Part shown: positions 12,295 to 24,159 of the stretch, in pieces
Layout of the letters: every line of letters starts with the position of its first letter
How positions within the stretch are numbered: position 1 is the stretch's first letter
NCBI GenBank assembly: GCA_013239625.1
Contig: MU053482.1
Coordinates: 3,867,922-3,931,921 of the forward strand
Length of the DNA: 64,000 nt
DNA from: Lama guanicoe
Taxonomy: Eukaryota
Direction: 5' to 3'
Translations under genes and position numbers: made by a program
Notes under the pieces: generated by a model
Seen by the model: the letters and a program-made list of their open reading frames with translations, nothing else
What the model was told of the DNA's origin: nothing
Databases searched by the model: none

Positions 12295-13666
12295 AACATC
12301 TTTCCCTTGCTGGATGCCAGAGAGTCCCACTGTAGCAGTCAGAGGTATTTTCCTGGGGCAAGGGGAGCTGGGGGTGGGGTGGGGTGTCAGCATAGGGCAT
12401 TCCCTTCCTCCGGAAGTTCCTCCTTGGCACAGGCAGCTGCAGCTGGAGGCAGATGTGGAAATAGCAGCAGTGAAGCTCTGTGGGGTTGGGGAAGACCATT
12501 TCTGAGCATCACAGACAGTAGGCAGTAATTGACACAGAGGTGAGAATTCTCTGCAAGTGACATATTTGCATAAATATTAGGAAAAGGCAGATAAGCGTGG
12601 AGAGCACAGGTTGGAGGAGGCTGGAGAGCAGAGGTGCTCAGGGAAGAGAATCTGAACAGGGATAAGACCAGAGGTGCCACCTTAGGCACATCCAGTGCTC
12701 TGGTGGTGACAGACTGGCTGAGAACAGCCAAGCCTCTAGGTCTTACTTCAAGTATGCTATGCAGGGTGGGAGGGGGTCTGAGCAGACCTCTGGATCCAAC
12801 ATCCCTGTTTCATTCAGAATAACTCTGAGTTTATACATTGAACACATTGAGCTTCCAGATTGGATTTCATTTAAGAAAATATTCCAATGGTGGAAAAATA
12901 TTTTTTGAAACTCTTAATTTTGATATAATTTTAAACCACAGAAAATTGCAATAGTACAAAGGACTTCCATATACCCTTCATCCAGATTCACCAAGAGTCA
13001 GCATTTTGCGCTATTTGCATAATCATTGTTCTCTTTTTCTAAATACAAACATATCTGAGGGTAAGTAGGCATTAATTACATTCCTTTACCCCTTAATAGG
13101 TCAGTGTATATTTTTAGGAACAAGGACATTTTGTAATTTGTCATTTGTACTACAGTACAATTATCAAAATTGGGAAATTTAACATGGACAAATGCTGTCA
13201 TCCAATCCACAGTCCAAATTCAAATTTTGCCAATTGTCTATAGCTTTTTATTTCCTGGTCCAGGATCTGATCCAGATTCACACATAACATTTACTTGTCA
13301 TGTCTCTCCAGTCTTCCTTAATTTGGAATATTTCCTCATCTTTTATCTTTCATGACCCTGACATCTTTGAAGAGTACAGGTCAGTTATTTTGTAAACTAC
13401 CCTTCAATTTGGGTTTGAATAGTGTTTCCTCGTGACAGGATTCAGATCATGCATTTTTAGCTTGAATGTCACAGAAATGATCTGTGTCCCTTTCCAAACC
13501 TTGTACTGGAAGGGACATGATGTTGCTTTGTTCCCTTATTGGTGATGGTAACCTTCATTGCTTGCTGAAGGTGGCGTATTCTAGGTTTCTCCACTGTAAA
13601 TTCTCATTTTCCTCTTTGTAATTAATTTTTAGAAAGATATTTTATAACTATGTAAATACCTATTCT

Positions 13667-13756
13667 ATTTTTTTTAATGGTGGTACTGGGGATTGAACCC
13701 AGGACCTCGTGCATGCTAAGCATGTGCTCTATCACTGAGCTTACCCACACTCACAC
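13667..13756 (-). mobile_element. tRNA-derived camelid-type SINE (vic-1-like)
   Basis: Antisense gctcagtgatagagcacatgcttagcatgcacgaggtcctgggttcaatccccagtacc with an A tail. TSD cctattct at 13659-13666 and 13757-13764. Confidence 0.88.
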
Positions 13757-14293
13757 CCTATTCTTTATCAAACTATCACCCACTAGTTTTGGTATCCATT
13801 GATACTTGAATCTGTTATTATCCTAATGATTGCAAAATGGTGACTTTTTTCTTACTCCATCATTTTTTGTACATAAATTGGTCAGCATGATTCTATAAAA
13901 GAGCTCTTTCCTTTACCTCCCATTTATTTAGTCATGTATTGAATTATACTAGTCTACATTCATAGATCATATTTTACTCAATGGGTTCTAAGTCATTGCT
14001 ATCACTACTTATTTTGATGCTCACATTGACCTGCATTTGGCCAGTGGGAGCCCCCTAAAGTTGGTTCCTATATTTTTTGATATGTTTCTATAATTTTTTG
14101 AGCACTTTCTTATTTTCTGTGACAAGATATTCTAGATTCTAGTGGTCTCAATCTTGGAATCAGTTATTTCTCCAAGGAACTCTGGTTCCTGATATTACAA
14201 TAAGAAATAATATTTAGAAGATTTGGGCAGTTGGTGTTTTCATTGCTACTGGCATTTTCATTGCTTCAAAGCCCTTTCAGCTTATAGATCTAG

Positions 14294-14294
<1 letters not shown>

Positions 14295-14327
<33 letters not shown>
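14295..14327. repeat. (CA)n microsatellite
   Basis: Seen directly. Confidence 0.98.
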
Positions 14328-14330
<3 letters not shown>

Positions 14331-15975
14331 CTATCTGTCTGTCTATTCCATACGTCTAATTGCAATCCTACACGATAGGGTTCAGCCTAAACTTCTCCCA
14401 CTCCATGTTTGTAACAACTATCTCACAATGAGAGACCTGGCTCCCACCATTTCAAACTATTTGTACATCTGCTCAATCCGACTTTTCATAGAAAGTGATT
14501 TCAGAATTGCTAACCCGTACCACTGCAAGAACCAAGCCTATAGGAGAATCACTTATTCACAGGTCCCCCCACCCCTTTGGTCTTTATATTGAAGGCACAT
14601 AGTCAAAGCACTGCATTCAAGTTACTTGGGCTTGTTCTCGTTTTACCCTCTTCACTAAGGTATGTTACTCTTTTAAATTACAGTTAGGTTCATTTTTTTT
14701 TCTGTTTATATTCTACTTTACTTTTCAAACTGACATCTATATTGATTTGACTTAATTTTTATTGAAAAGTATTTAAAATGTTAACATGATTTCAAACTCC
14801 AAACTATATAAAAAGTTACTTTCACTGAAGTATTACTCTCTTATTACTCCCTGAAAGTTAGAAGACTATATACGCCCTTTTGTAGTCAACTTTTTTAATT
14901 AATAAAATAAGTTCTGGAAGTCCCTCCATATCACTTTGTAAAGACCATTACTATTGTCTTTTACCATTGCACAGTACTCCATTGTGTGGATACAATTTAG
15001 TTTATCCAATACATCTCCTATGTATGAACATTTAAATTGTTTCCAATACTTTGCAATTACGAATACTGTTGCAATAAATAAACTTGTGCACATATCACTT
15101 TGTATTATTGAAGGTATATTTTCAGAGTAAATTCCTAGAAATGGATTTCTGCAACGAAAGGTAAATGCATATATAGTTTTGTTAAATACTGCCAAATTCC
15201 TCTCCCTAAGGCTGTACCGTTTTGCCTTCCTATCAGCAGTCTGTGAGAGTGCTTATTTCTCCTTAGACTTGCCACCACAATATGGTGCCAAGTTTCAAAA
15301 TTTTTGCTAATTTGATAGATGATAAATGGTAGTTCAGTGTAGTTTTAATTTGCATTTCTCTTTTTATGAGTTGAATGACTTCTCATAAGTTTAAAGGCCA
15401 TTGTATATCTTTTGGGGGGGGGTAAACAGTTCATGAATTTTGCCCATTTGTCTCTCAGATGTTGGGTCCCTGTGTCCTCAATTTTTAAGAGTTTCTTATG
15501 TATTATGGATATTAGACCTTTAACTATGACATGTGTTGCAAATTTTTTTTTTCTGGAAAAAAAGATTTAATGTCACTAATTTAGATGACTAATAACTAGC
15601 TATAAATATATGTGTTGACTGTTGACATCTGTGCTGTTTATTCCTGTATGTGTTGGCTGGAGAGAAATGGGGGGATGATTATAAACCTCAAATACCCTCA
15701 GTTTAGCCTAGATTAGAACAAAGGTTAAATAGCCTTTTCAATGAATGGTACTGGAGCAACTGGACATCTATAGACGAAAAAAAAAAAAAGAACCTCAACC
15801 AGTCTCATACTTTATACAAAAATTAACTCAAAGTGGAAAAAACTAACTCAAATGTAGGACATAAAACTATAAAACTTTTTGAAAGGAACATAGGAGACTA
15901 TCTGGAGGATCTAGGGCTATGCAAAGAGTTCTCAGACTTCACCCCAAAAGCATAATTTGAAAATGGATAAATTAG

Positions 15976-16082
15976 CTCTAAAGGAAGTATAACCTTTAAA
16001 AATTGTGAATCACTTTATTCTACACCTGTAACGTACATAATATTGTACATACTTCAATAAAATAAAATCATAAAAAAAAGAT
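15976..16082 (+). mobile_element. Very short L1 3' terminal insertion
   Basis: Perfect 16-bp TSD aaaatggataaattag at 15960-15975 and 16083-16098; AATAAA plus A tail. Confidence 0.88.
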
Positions 16083-16259
16083 AAAATGGATAAATTAGAC
16101 CTCATCAAAATTATAAACCTTTTTTCCATGAAAGCTTATGTGAAGAGGATGAAAAAAGAAGCTATAGATTAGGAAAAGATATTTGCAAACCACATATCTG
16201 ACAAAAGACTAGTATCTACAATACATAAAGAGCTCTCAAAACTCAACAGTAAAAAATCA

Positions 16260-16584
16260 GGATTTGAAGATACTAACTACTATATACAAAATAGATAGAC
16301 AACAAGGACCTACTATATAGCACAGGGAACTATATTCAATAGTTTGTAATAACCTATAATGAAAAAGAATATGAAAAGGAATATATATATATATGTATAT
16401 ATGTACAACTGAATCACTAAGTAGTACACCAGAAATTAACACATCGTAAACTGACTATACTTCAATAAAAACAACTGAAAAAAAGAATTGCGCTATACAC
16501 GTGGTTTCTTAATTTTCTTATTTACTTAGCAATATGTATTGAGAACATCTCTCCATGTAAATAAATATTGTTCAGCATTATCAA
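16260..16584 (+). mobile_element. L1 3' end with probable 3'-transduced segment
   Basis: L1 3' UTR and tail to ~16484, ~98 bp of extra sequence with a second AATAAA (16560-16565), then an A run. TSD aaaaaatca at 16251-16259 and 16585-16593. Confidence 0.75.
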
Positions 16585-16889
16585 AAAAAATCAAATACTC
16601 CAATTTGAATACATACAATGCCAAAATAATGGTACAACCACTCTGGAAAACAGTTTGACAGCTTCTTAAAAATAAAATGCATCTAGTACACAACTCAGCA
16701 ATTGCACCTTTGAGCATTTATCCCAGAGAAATGAAGACATGTTCTCCCAAAAGCCAGTGCACAAAATATTTACAGCAACTTTAATTGTAATAGCCAAAAA
16801 CTAGAATCAACCCAGTATTCAACAGGTGAATGGTTAAGAAAACTGTGGTTCATACATATTATGGAATACTGCTGCCAATTGGATCCACT

Positions 16890-17330
16890 CCCTAACTCAT
16901 TCACCAAGCATCAACCAATGTCTTTATGCTCTGCTAGGCGTGACCCAGAGGAAGCCCAAGCCCGAGGATCTCAGAGGCTGATAGGGGAGACACGTGTGCA
17001 CACACAGCCTCTGATATCAGGTGCGAAGAACAGAACTATGGTAAAAGCCCAGGTGGGAGCTCAGAGGAGGGTAGTTCATCCCCAGGGGAGCAGGGATGGC
17101 TTTAGGAAGGACAGGCATTTGAGGTTGGCTTTAAAGGACAAACAGGATTATGAGAAGCAAGATAGAGGATGGTATTCTAAGGAGAAAAGGCAGAATAAAC
17201 CCAGGCACAGAGGCCTGACAGCCTCCAGCCCGCTGGGGCGCAGAGGTGAGTGGTCTGCCGTCAGTACAACACAGGGAGAATGGGCGTGTAATGCAAAGGA
17301 AGCTGGAAAGGTTAGTGAGGACAACTTCCT
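16890..17330 (-). mobile_element. L2 remnant
   Basis: actcattcaccaagcat...; cagggatggctttaggaaggacaggcatttgaggttggctttaaagga. Confidence 0.55.
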
Positions 17331-18720
17331 TTTGAAACTGACTAAGGGAGTCTAAAAGGTTGTGGAACAAATTCTGGAGACTATTTCCTTAGTAAATTTG
17401 CATATTGGGGGAGTTCTATCTTACACTCATTTTGGTATCTGGTATCTCCTGATTTGCTTCCTTACATATTGGTACCTTGGCTGAAACTAAGGCAAGAGTC
17501 TTATTCTAAAATCCTATTACACCAATGTTTCTAAGGGGTTGGGAGTCTCATGGGGAGAAGAGAGGGAGACACAGAGAGAAAGACACATATAAACAGATAT
17601 GTACAGAAGGAGAGAACAAAGCACCAAAACTGAGAGAGAGAGACAGAAAGACAGAGAGACAGGGAGAGAGGGAGCCAGAAAGAGGCAAGAGTCTCAAGGA
17701 TGGACATGGGAAAGGCTGGGCTTCGGCTGGTCTTAGAGACCACCAGAGGTCAGTCTTGGGTCCTTCAAGAGGAAGTCTAGAGGAATTTTCTAAGCACTGG
17801 TTCTCACCGGAGGACCATTCAGAGGAATTTATTCCACTTTAATATACTATGAAGTTAGCAGCTTTGAAATTCTTTACCACCAAGGGGCCTTTAAAAGCAA
17901 TGAAGCAGGAATCTCAGGAATGACCCATATGTCAGGGCTGCTTGTTTATAACTCTCGGGGCCACCATAAGAAGCAAGTTTAATCGCCTGGTGATTCTGGG
18001 CTTGTGGGACCCATCCCTGACCATCCCTCAGGCCCAGGAGTCTGCCTGAGCCTGAGAGGGAAGGAGTTTGGTACTGGGCCTGGTTCAGTAGCCTCAGGCC
18101 TAGGCGAGGTCCTGGGTTGGGTTGGTCTAGGGTTGGGGCCAGGGTGGGACCAGGCTGGCCTGTGTCTCACATTTGGTTCCCAGGTCTCCGGCTTTCCTGT
18201 TGTGGAAATCAACTTCACAGACTCTGTCAGGGAAATGTGCTGCCATTACAGCTGCTTCCACAGGAGGCTCCCTGCGACCCCCAGCCGTTGAGATCAGTGA
18301 GGGATCTGGGTTTCAGCAATCCCATTCTGGGACCCTGGGGCTTCTTAGCAGGGAGCAGACTTTGGGACTTGAGGGATAGGCGTTCTGGGTCTCTGTGTCT
18401 TGGCCAATGTCATCACACATAGGTGATGGGGATCTCAAAGCTCATCTCTAGTCCAGGAAAGGTGGACCAGAAGGTCAGGGGCCATGTCCTTTGAGATGTC
18501 CTCATCTTTAATTGCCATGTTTGCTGATCCCTGGGATACTTGAGTCCTTGTGAGCCTGGGGCCCTGGTATGGCCTGCTATCAGGGAAGGAGGCAGAAGAG
18601 GGTGGGAGGCTCTCAGAGCCCTTGTGGGAGCCAGGCTGCTCCTGTCAGGGAGCCAGGGCAGGGCATTGCCTTTTATTCCATTTTATCCCATTCTGCGAAT
18701 GGGCCTTTGCCAAATATTGG

Positions 18721-18868
18721 CAACACCATCATCATCATCACCATCCTCATCATCACCATCATCCTCCTCCTTCTCCTCATCATCACCATCATCATCATTT
18801 TCTGCTTCACCCTCATCATAACTATCACCACCATCACCACCATCATAACCATCACCATCATCACCATT

Positions 18869-18899
<31 letters not shown>
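18721..18899. repeat. Compound (CAT/CAC/CCT)n trinucleotide repeat
   Basis: Seen directly. It produces spurious poly-His/Ile/Met/Asp/Ser ORFs in multiple frames. Confidence 0.97.
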
Positions 18900-18902
<3 letters not shown>

Positions 18903-18904
18903 CT

Positions 18905-19090
18905 ATAGCCCTGGCACTGTTCCAAAAATTATCTCAAATAACCTTTACAGCCCCCTGTGAGATAGGCAGTACTATTGCACCGTTTACAGAAAAGGAAGTT
19001 AAGGCCCATAAGCAGAGGTTAAGCAACCTGTACAAAGCCACACAGCCAGTAAATGGCAGAGTCACAGTGCCTACAACCTGAGCCACTGTG
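18905..19090 (-). mobile_element. MIR SINE
   Basis: tttacagaaaaggaagttaaggcc...agaggttaagcaacctg...cacagccagtaaatggcagag. Confidence 0.8.
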
Positions 19091-20279
19091 TAGATGAAGA
19101 AGACTGCTGTGGCCCCTGAAGATCTTATGCTTCAGTGGAACACAAGCCACTGACATGCACCAGAGTCACAAAGGAAGGCCCAGGAGCTGAGTGTGGAAGG
19201 CTGGGTAGGATTTGGCAAAGTAGGCAGGAGGCTGTTGGAGGGAACATTTATTCCCCACTTTTGTTGTTCCCTTCTGCGTAGAGGACAAGTCAGTACCACC
19301 CTCCTGGCTTCTTCCTTGGCCGGTGTGTTTGGGACAAGGAAATGGGTATGTGCAGCTCTGCCCCTTTTCTCTTAGGGGTGAACAAGGCAGGGCTCAGTGG
19401 GAGGGTCTGGGGGTGTCCAGTGCTGCAGTGGTTGGGGTGGCCAGTCCATTCACTTCTGGACTTTAGTATGAGGAAGTCCTTTGCCGTATACCTCAGCCCT
19501 ACCCTCCCTTATCAGCCTGTTCAGTAATAAAGTCCCAACGTTTGTCTCATCCCTCAATAAGTGGAGATCTCTGTGGGGGAAAACTGCATTGCCATTTCTG
19601 GGGCTCCCTCAAGCTACTTTAGGCCCAAGGTAAATCAGGGGGAACAAAGAAGCAGTGTATGTAAAGCCAGCTAAGCCTTGCCTTGGAGCCGCCGCCCTGG
19701 GCAGTCTTAGCCTCAAGAAAAGGCAGTCAGGAACGTCAATTCCTTCCCTTCCAGTTCTAAGTCCACTTGGTTGGCAATGCCAGAAGCATGACAACTCCTC
19801 ACTCGCTGGGCCTTCTCCAGGGCAGGAACGGCCTTTTATGGAGACGGCTCACCTTCCAGCAGAGAGCCTGGAGGGGCAGAAAGCAGTGGGGCGGGGTGCA
19901 TACCCAGAAGCTGCCCCTCTGGCGCAGACTGGAAGGACTCCCTGTGCAATGCCTCAGAGCTTCCTGGCTTCTCTGTCACCCCTGCTGGGTCACCAATCTG
20001 AGTTGGGACGGTGGGCTGTGCTGCAGTAAAGAGGGCTCTCCTGGGTCCTGCCTATGAAACAGGTTCAGGTGGTTGTGCAAACTATCGGGACTGTTCTGAG
20101 TCGAGGTCCCTGTCCCTTCTGGGGCCACTGGGGGACATGGGTGCCTCCCTCATCTGTGCTGTGAGGGACCTCAAGCTGCAGATAACCTCTGCCAGAGGCA
20201 CATTCGGAGGCACAGAGCCTCCGTGTCACTGACCATCTCTTACTATTGGTAGTTGAGGCTAGGTTGAGGTAATTAGTAA

Positions 20280-20730
20280 TAAAAACAACAAGAACACCAC
20301 CAGCAACTACTGGGAATTTACTGTGTGCCAGGTATCATTCCAAGCAATTTATGTGTTCACTGAATCCCCATAAGAATCCTATAAGTACTAGTATTACACT
20401 CATTTTGCAGAAGAGGAAACCGAGGCTTAGAGAACTGAAGTAACTTGCCTCAGGTCATGCAGTTGGCAAATGGTAGCACTGGGTATAAACCCAGGCACTC
20501 TGGCTCCATGGCCATGCTCAGGTCCCACACTGTTACATAATGTCACAGTCTGAAGTGCCTTTGGAGAGCCTGTATGTTAACTGTCTTACTGCGGGAGGTG
20601 AGGAGACTGGGGACCAGAGAGTGTAAACAACTTGCCCAAGGGCATCTAGTTAGTCAGTGTTAGAGCTTGAACCTAGATCTGGGCCTTCTGGCTCCCAGTT
20701 TAGAGCTCTTGTCACAGAACCATGTAGCCA
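20280..20730 (-). mobile_element. Two tandem MIR SINE fragments
   Basis: cattttgcagaagaggaaaccgaggcttagaga (~20400) and gaggagactggggaccagagag...aacttgcccaag (~20600-20640). Confidence 0.8.
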
Positions 20731-20848
20731 TACTTTAGACCAAACCAAGTTTCGAATCATTTGAGCTGCAACTCAAGCTTTGTGTTGAATAATTGGAAAG
20801 GACTAGAATTATACTATGGTCTCCCGGCCTTAAACAGTTACAAATTTC

Positions 20849-21571
20849 CAAAACTACAATGAGTATAACCTCATACTGGTCAGAATGACCTTCGTCAAAA
20901 AGTCCACAAATGATAAATGCTGGCGAAAGTGTGGAGGAAAAGGAACCCTCCCACACTGTTGGTGGGAATGTAAATTGGTGCAGCCACTATAGAGAACTGT
21001 ATGAAGTTTCCTTAAAAAACTAAAAATAGACTTACCATATGATCTAGCAATCCCACTTCTGGGCATATATCCAGAAAAGACGAAACTCTAATTTGAAAAG
21101 ACATAGACACCCCGATGTCCATAGCAGCACTATATACAATAGCCAAGACATGGAAGCAACCTAAATGTCCATCGACAGATGACTGGATAAAGATGTGATA
21201 CACACACACACAATGGAATATTAGCCATAAATGAATGAAATAATGCCATTTGTGGCAACATGGGTGGACCTAGAGATTATTATATTGAGTGAAATAAATC
21301 AAAAAAAGACAACTATCATATGATATCACTTATATGTGGAATCTAAAAAAAATGATACAAATGAACTTATTTACAAAATAGAAATAGACTCACAAACATA
21401 GAAAACAAATTTATGGTTACAAAAGGGGAAAGAGGGGGGAGGGAAAGATTAGGAGTTTGGGATTAACAGATACACACTACTGTATATAAAATAGATAAAC
21501 AACAGGGTCCTACTGTATAGCACAAGGAACTATATTCAATATCTTGTAATAAACTATAACAGAAAAGAAAA
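20849..21571 (+). mobile_element. 5'-truncated cetartiodactyl L1 (ORF2 CCHC region plus partial 3' UTR)
   Basis: aaatgctggcgaaagtgtggag...cactgttggtgggaatgtaaattggtgcagcc. Degenerate TSD aaacagttacaaatttc (20832-20848) / aaatagttaaatatttc (21572-21588). Confidence 0.93.
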
Positions 21572-22774
21572 AAATAGTTAAATATTTCATAACTCAGCCC
21601 AGGCACTATCAGTCTGCCAGAGGTAACATAAAATAGCACCTCACACTACAGAGAACTTCTCACTGGGGCAAGGTCTAGGCCTGGGTCAGCTTGTGGCCCC
21701 AGTGCTTCCATGTCTATTTCTAGCCCAGGAGAACATATCCTGGGCAAGTGAAAAAACATGGCATTATTTCCTGTGTGGAAAAAAAAATATGAAATACATG
21801 CAGTTTCTTCCTTCAGGCAAACAGGCTCCTCTCAGATCACAAATTGTGACAGGTTTTCCATGGGAGGCACAGGCTCTGACGGGAACAGAGAGCTCTGGTG
21901 TAAACAGCCCTCAGAGAAGGAGTAAATCATCTCTTGAAATGTTCTTGGCAGCTGTTCACTCACTAACAAAAATATCCTGCTTGACGTAGCGGTGGTCAAC
22001 TCAGAAACCACTCCAGAGGCCCTGCGGTTTGCAAGGTGTGGCTCTGTTCTTGAGGAAGGCTTGGTAGTGGACAGAGTGCAGGGTGTCCCAGGCCCTCCTG
22101 AGGGGCAGTGCAGGGCGGGGGTCTGCCGGGGGGCTCCGAGCCAAGCTGAGGCTGGAAAATAGCAGCGTGGAGATCAATAGTGCCTTGTTAATTGGGCTCC
22201 CCGGCCACGGTCCTTGTGCCTAGCTCAGTGGGTGTGTGTTGAATGCAACTGAAATCAATAGTGAGAAAATACTGAATTGAGGTTCAAAACAACAAATTGT
22301 TCAAGTGTAGGAAGAGGAGAGCTGGCTTAACAGCGGCCAGGGTCCAAAGCTCCAGGGAGCTTCAGCTGAGTGAGCACCCGTTCCGAGCCAGCTCCGTGCC
22401 GGGCTGTCAGCAGAGCTAATGAATCCATCCTAAGCTGTGCTCCCGTCAGCTTTTATTCCACATCAAAGCAGGAGATAAATCCCTGCAGGCTTTGCTTTGG
22501 TCAACCCATCAGTCCAGATCTGAAAATCGGTGTCCACCTCCGGGCCTCACATATTTAAGGGGATTTGGGCAAATTGGAATCTATTCAGGGAAGAAAGACG
22601 CAAAGATTGGAGACCATGTCATGCTGGCTGATGAAGGGACTGGGGCTGGTGGGTGGCAGAGCATTGGTCTGGGAATAGGGAAGAGGCGGGGAGTCCAAGG
22701 TGGTTTTTGAAACTGTGAAGGGCTCTTGTGGGAAGAGAGAAGTGGGCACTGGACCCAAGAAAGCAAAGAGTTAG

Positions 22775-22905
22775 ATAAAGAGCATGAGTGTTTGAATCAG
22801 ACAGACTTGGGTTTATGTGTTGGTTCCTTCCATTTTGTTGTGTGGCAATAGGCAAGCCACATGACCTCCTCAAGCTTCAGGAGTTAATCTGTAAAATGGG
22901 GACAG
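22775..22905 (+). mobile_element. MIR SINE
   Basis: ttgaatcagacagacttgggttt...atctgtaaaatgggga. Confidence 0.7.
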
Positions 22906-23699
22906 AAATGCTTCTTTTTCAGCCTTGTCAGGATTATATACCATTCAAAAGACAGAAGCTGTGCAGAGAAGAACTGCCAGAGGAAGGGTGTGAACCCAGG
23001 GCAAGAGCAAATTTCCAACAACCACAGCGGGCTTTGAAACTGACTCACTTTTTCTATTGCTTTGTTTATGTTTTTCCTCCCAGAATAATGCCCTCACTTT
23101 TATTTCCTTTCATTTTGGCCTGCCTTCTCATATTTTCTACTATAAATTATTCAACTGCTTTTCATCTTTTGCTCTTTAAAAGCAAGAAAGAGAAAGCACT
23201 GGTACAAGGCATCTGGCCCTCACAATTGCTAATTTTTAGCCTGGGACTGGCTGTCTCTTTGGTTAGGCCTGAAGGGGTCCTTCAGGTCCTAAAATGGACT
23301 GCCCACTCTGGGGCTGGATGGCACACCTGATCCTAACGCCCTTGGATGGAGCTGCCACTCCAGCCCCGGAGCCTCTGTCCTGCGTCCTGTAAAGTGTAAG
23401 CGGCTGGTATCACTGCCCTGATCCCCTCCGAGAGAGCTAAACAGATTGGATGATAACTCAGGGGAGTAGTCAGAACTCTGCCTAACCTTCGGTAAATGTG
23501 AGTGGAAACCCATTTCCCTCCCATTCTGGACTTCCCAGGGGCCAGGCCTCACTGTCTACCCTGATGGGCGAAGTGTGGAGGCTTTATCTGTTAGACTTCT
23601 TGAAAGGAGGCCCCGTGGCAGACCCATGACTAACACCCATCAGCAAAGGCAGGCAGCTCTCACTTTGACATTCTGTGAGTCCCTGAAGGACAGCTGGGC

Positions 23700-24100
23700 A
23701 GAGAGTTGATGTGTGCAATCGGGAGAGCATGTGCACTGCGCTGTCTGGGTGGCACTGATGGGCTCAGGGAGCTGAGGAGTGAAATCTGGAGTTTGGAGAC
23801 TGGGAGGCCAGGGGAGTGCCATTTACTTAAGGCAGTATGGCTGGAGGGAGAAGCTGTTTGAGGGGCGGGGGTGGGGAGCCCAGGTCTTAGCCGGTGGGTA
23901 GTGTTGAGTGTCACCTCTGGAGGGATAGATGAAATCAAAGACAGGACAATGGACAGTGAAGTCTGTAAGCAGGGGCGTGAAGAACAGGATGGAATAAAGG
24001 CCAAGGAGCAGACACAGAGTTCAGCACTGACACCATGAGCAGTGGGATAGGGCTGGAGGGTGTGGTGGGGGAAGGGACGACAGGTTAAAGGGCCAGGGCA
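23700..24100 (-). mobile_element. L2 remnant
   Basis: ggacagctgggcagagag...ctggagtttggagactgggaggcc; highly degenerate. Confidence 0.45.
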
Positions 24101-24159
24101 TGTGAATACTGGCCATGGCCCTCATTTCAGGAAGTGCCTCCAGTAGGCTCCCCTGGGAT

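Larger units (their letters stand above)
12900..15560 (-). mobile_element. Ancient L1 (L1MC/MD/ME-like) 3' region
   Basis: T-rich antisense L1 3' UTR. The minus ORF at 14899-15195 (PFLGIYS...FIATVFVIAKYWKQFKC) resembles the ORF2 C-terminus. Confidence 0.8.
15720..16880 (+). mobile_element. Old L1 ORF2 3' fragments hosting two nested L1 insertions
   Basis: cttttcaatgaatggtactgg, tatacaaaaattaactcaaa, atatttgcaaaccacatatctga, atggaatact. Confidence 0.85.

Noticed and set aside
18540..19081. Poly-His, poly-Ile, poly-Asp and poly-Met ORFs
   Set aside because: All are reading frames of the CAT microsatellite.
22788..23330. 180-aa ORF with a hydrophobic stretch
   Set aside because: It starts inside a MIR, the hydrophobicity reflects T-rich DNA, and no homology was recognised.
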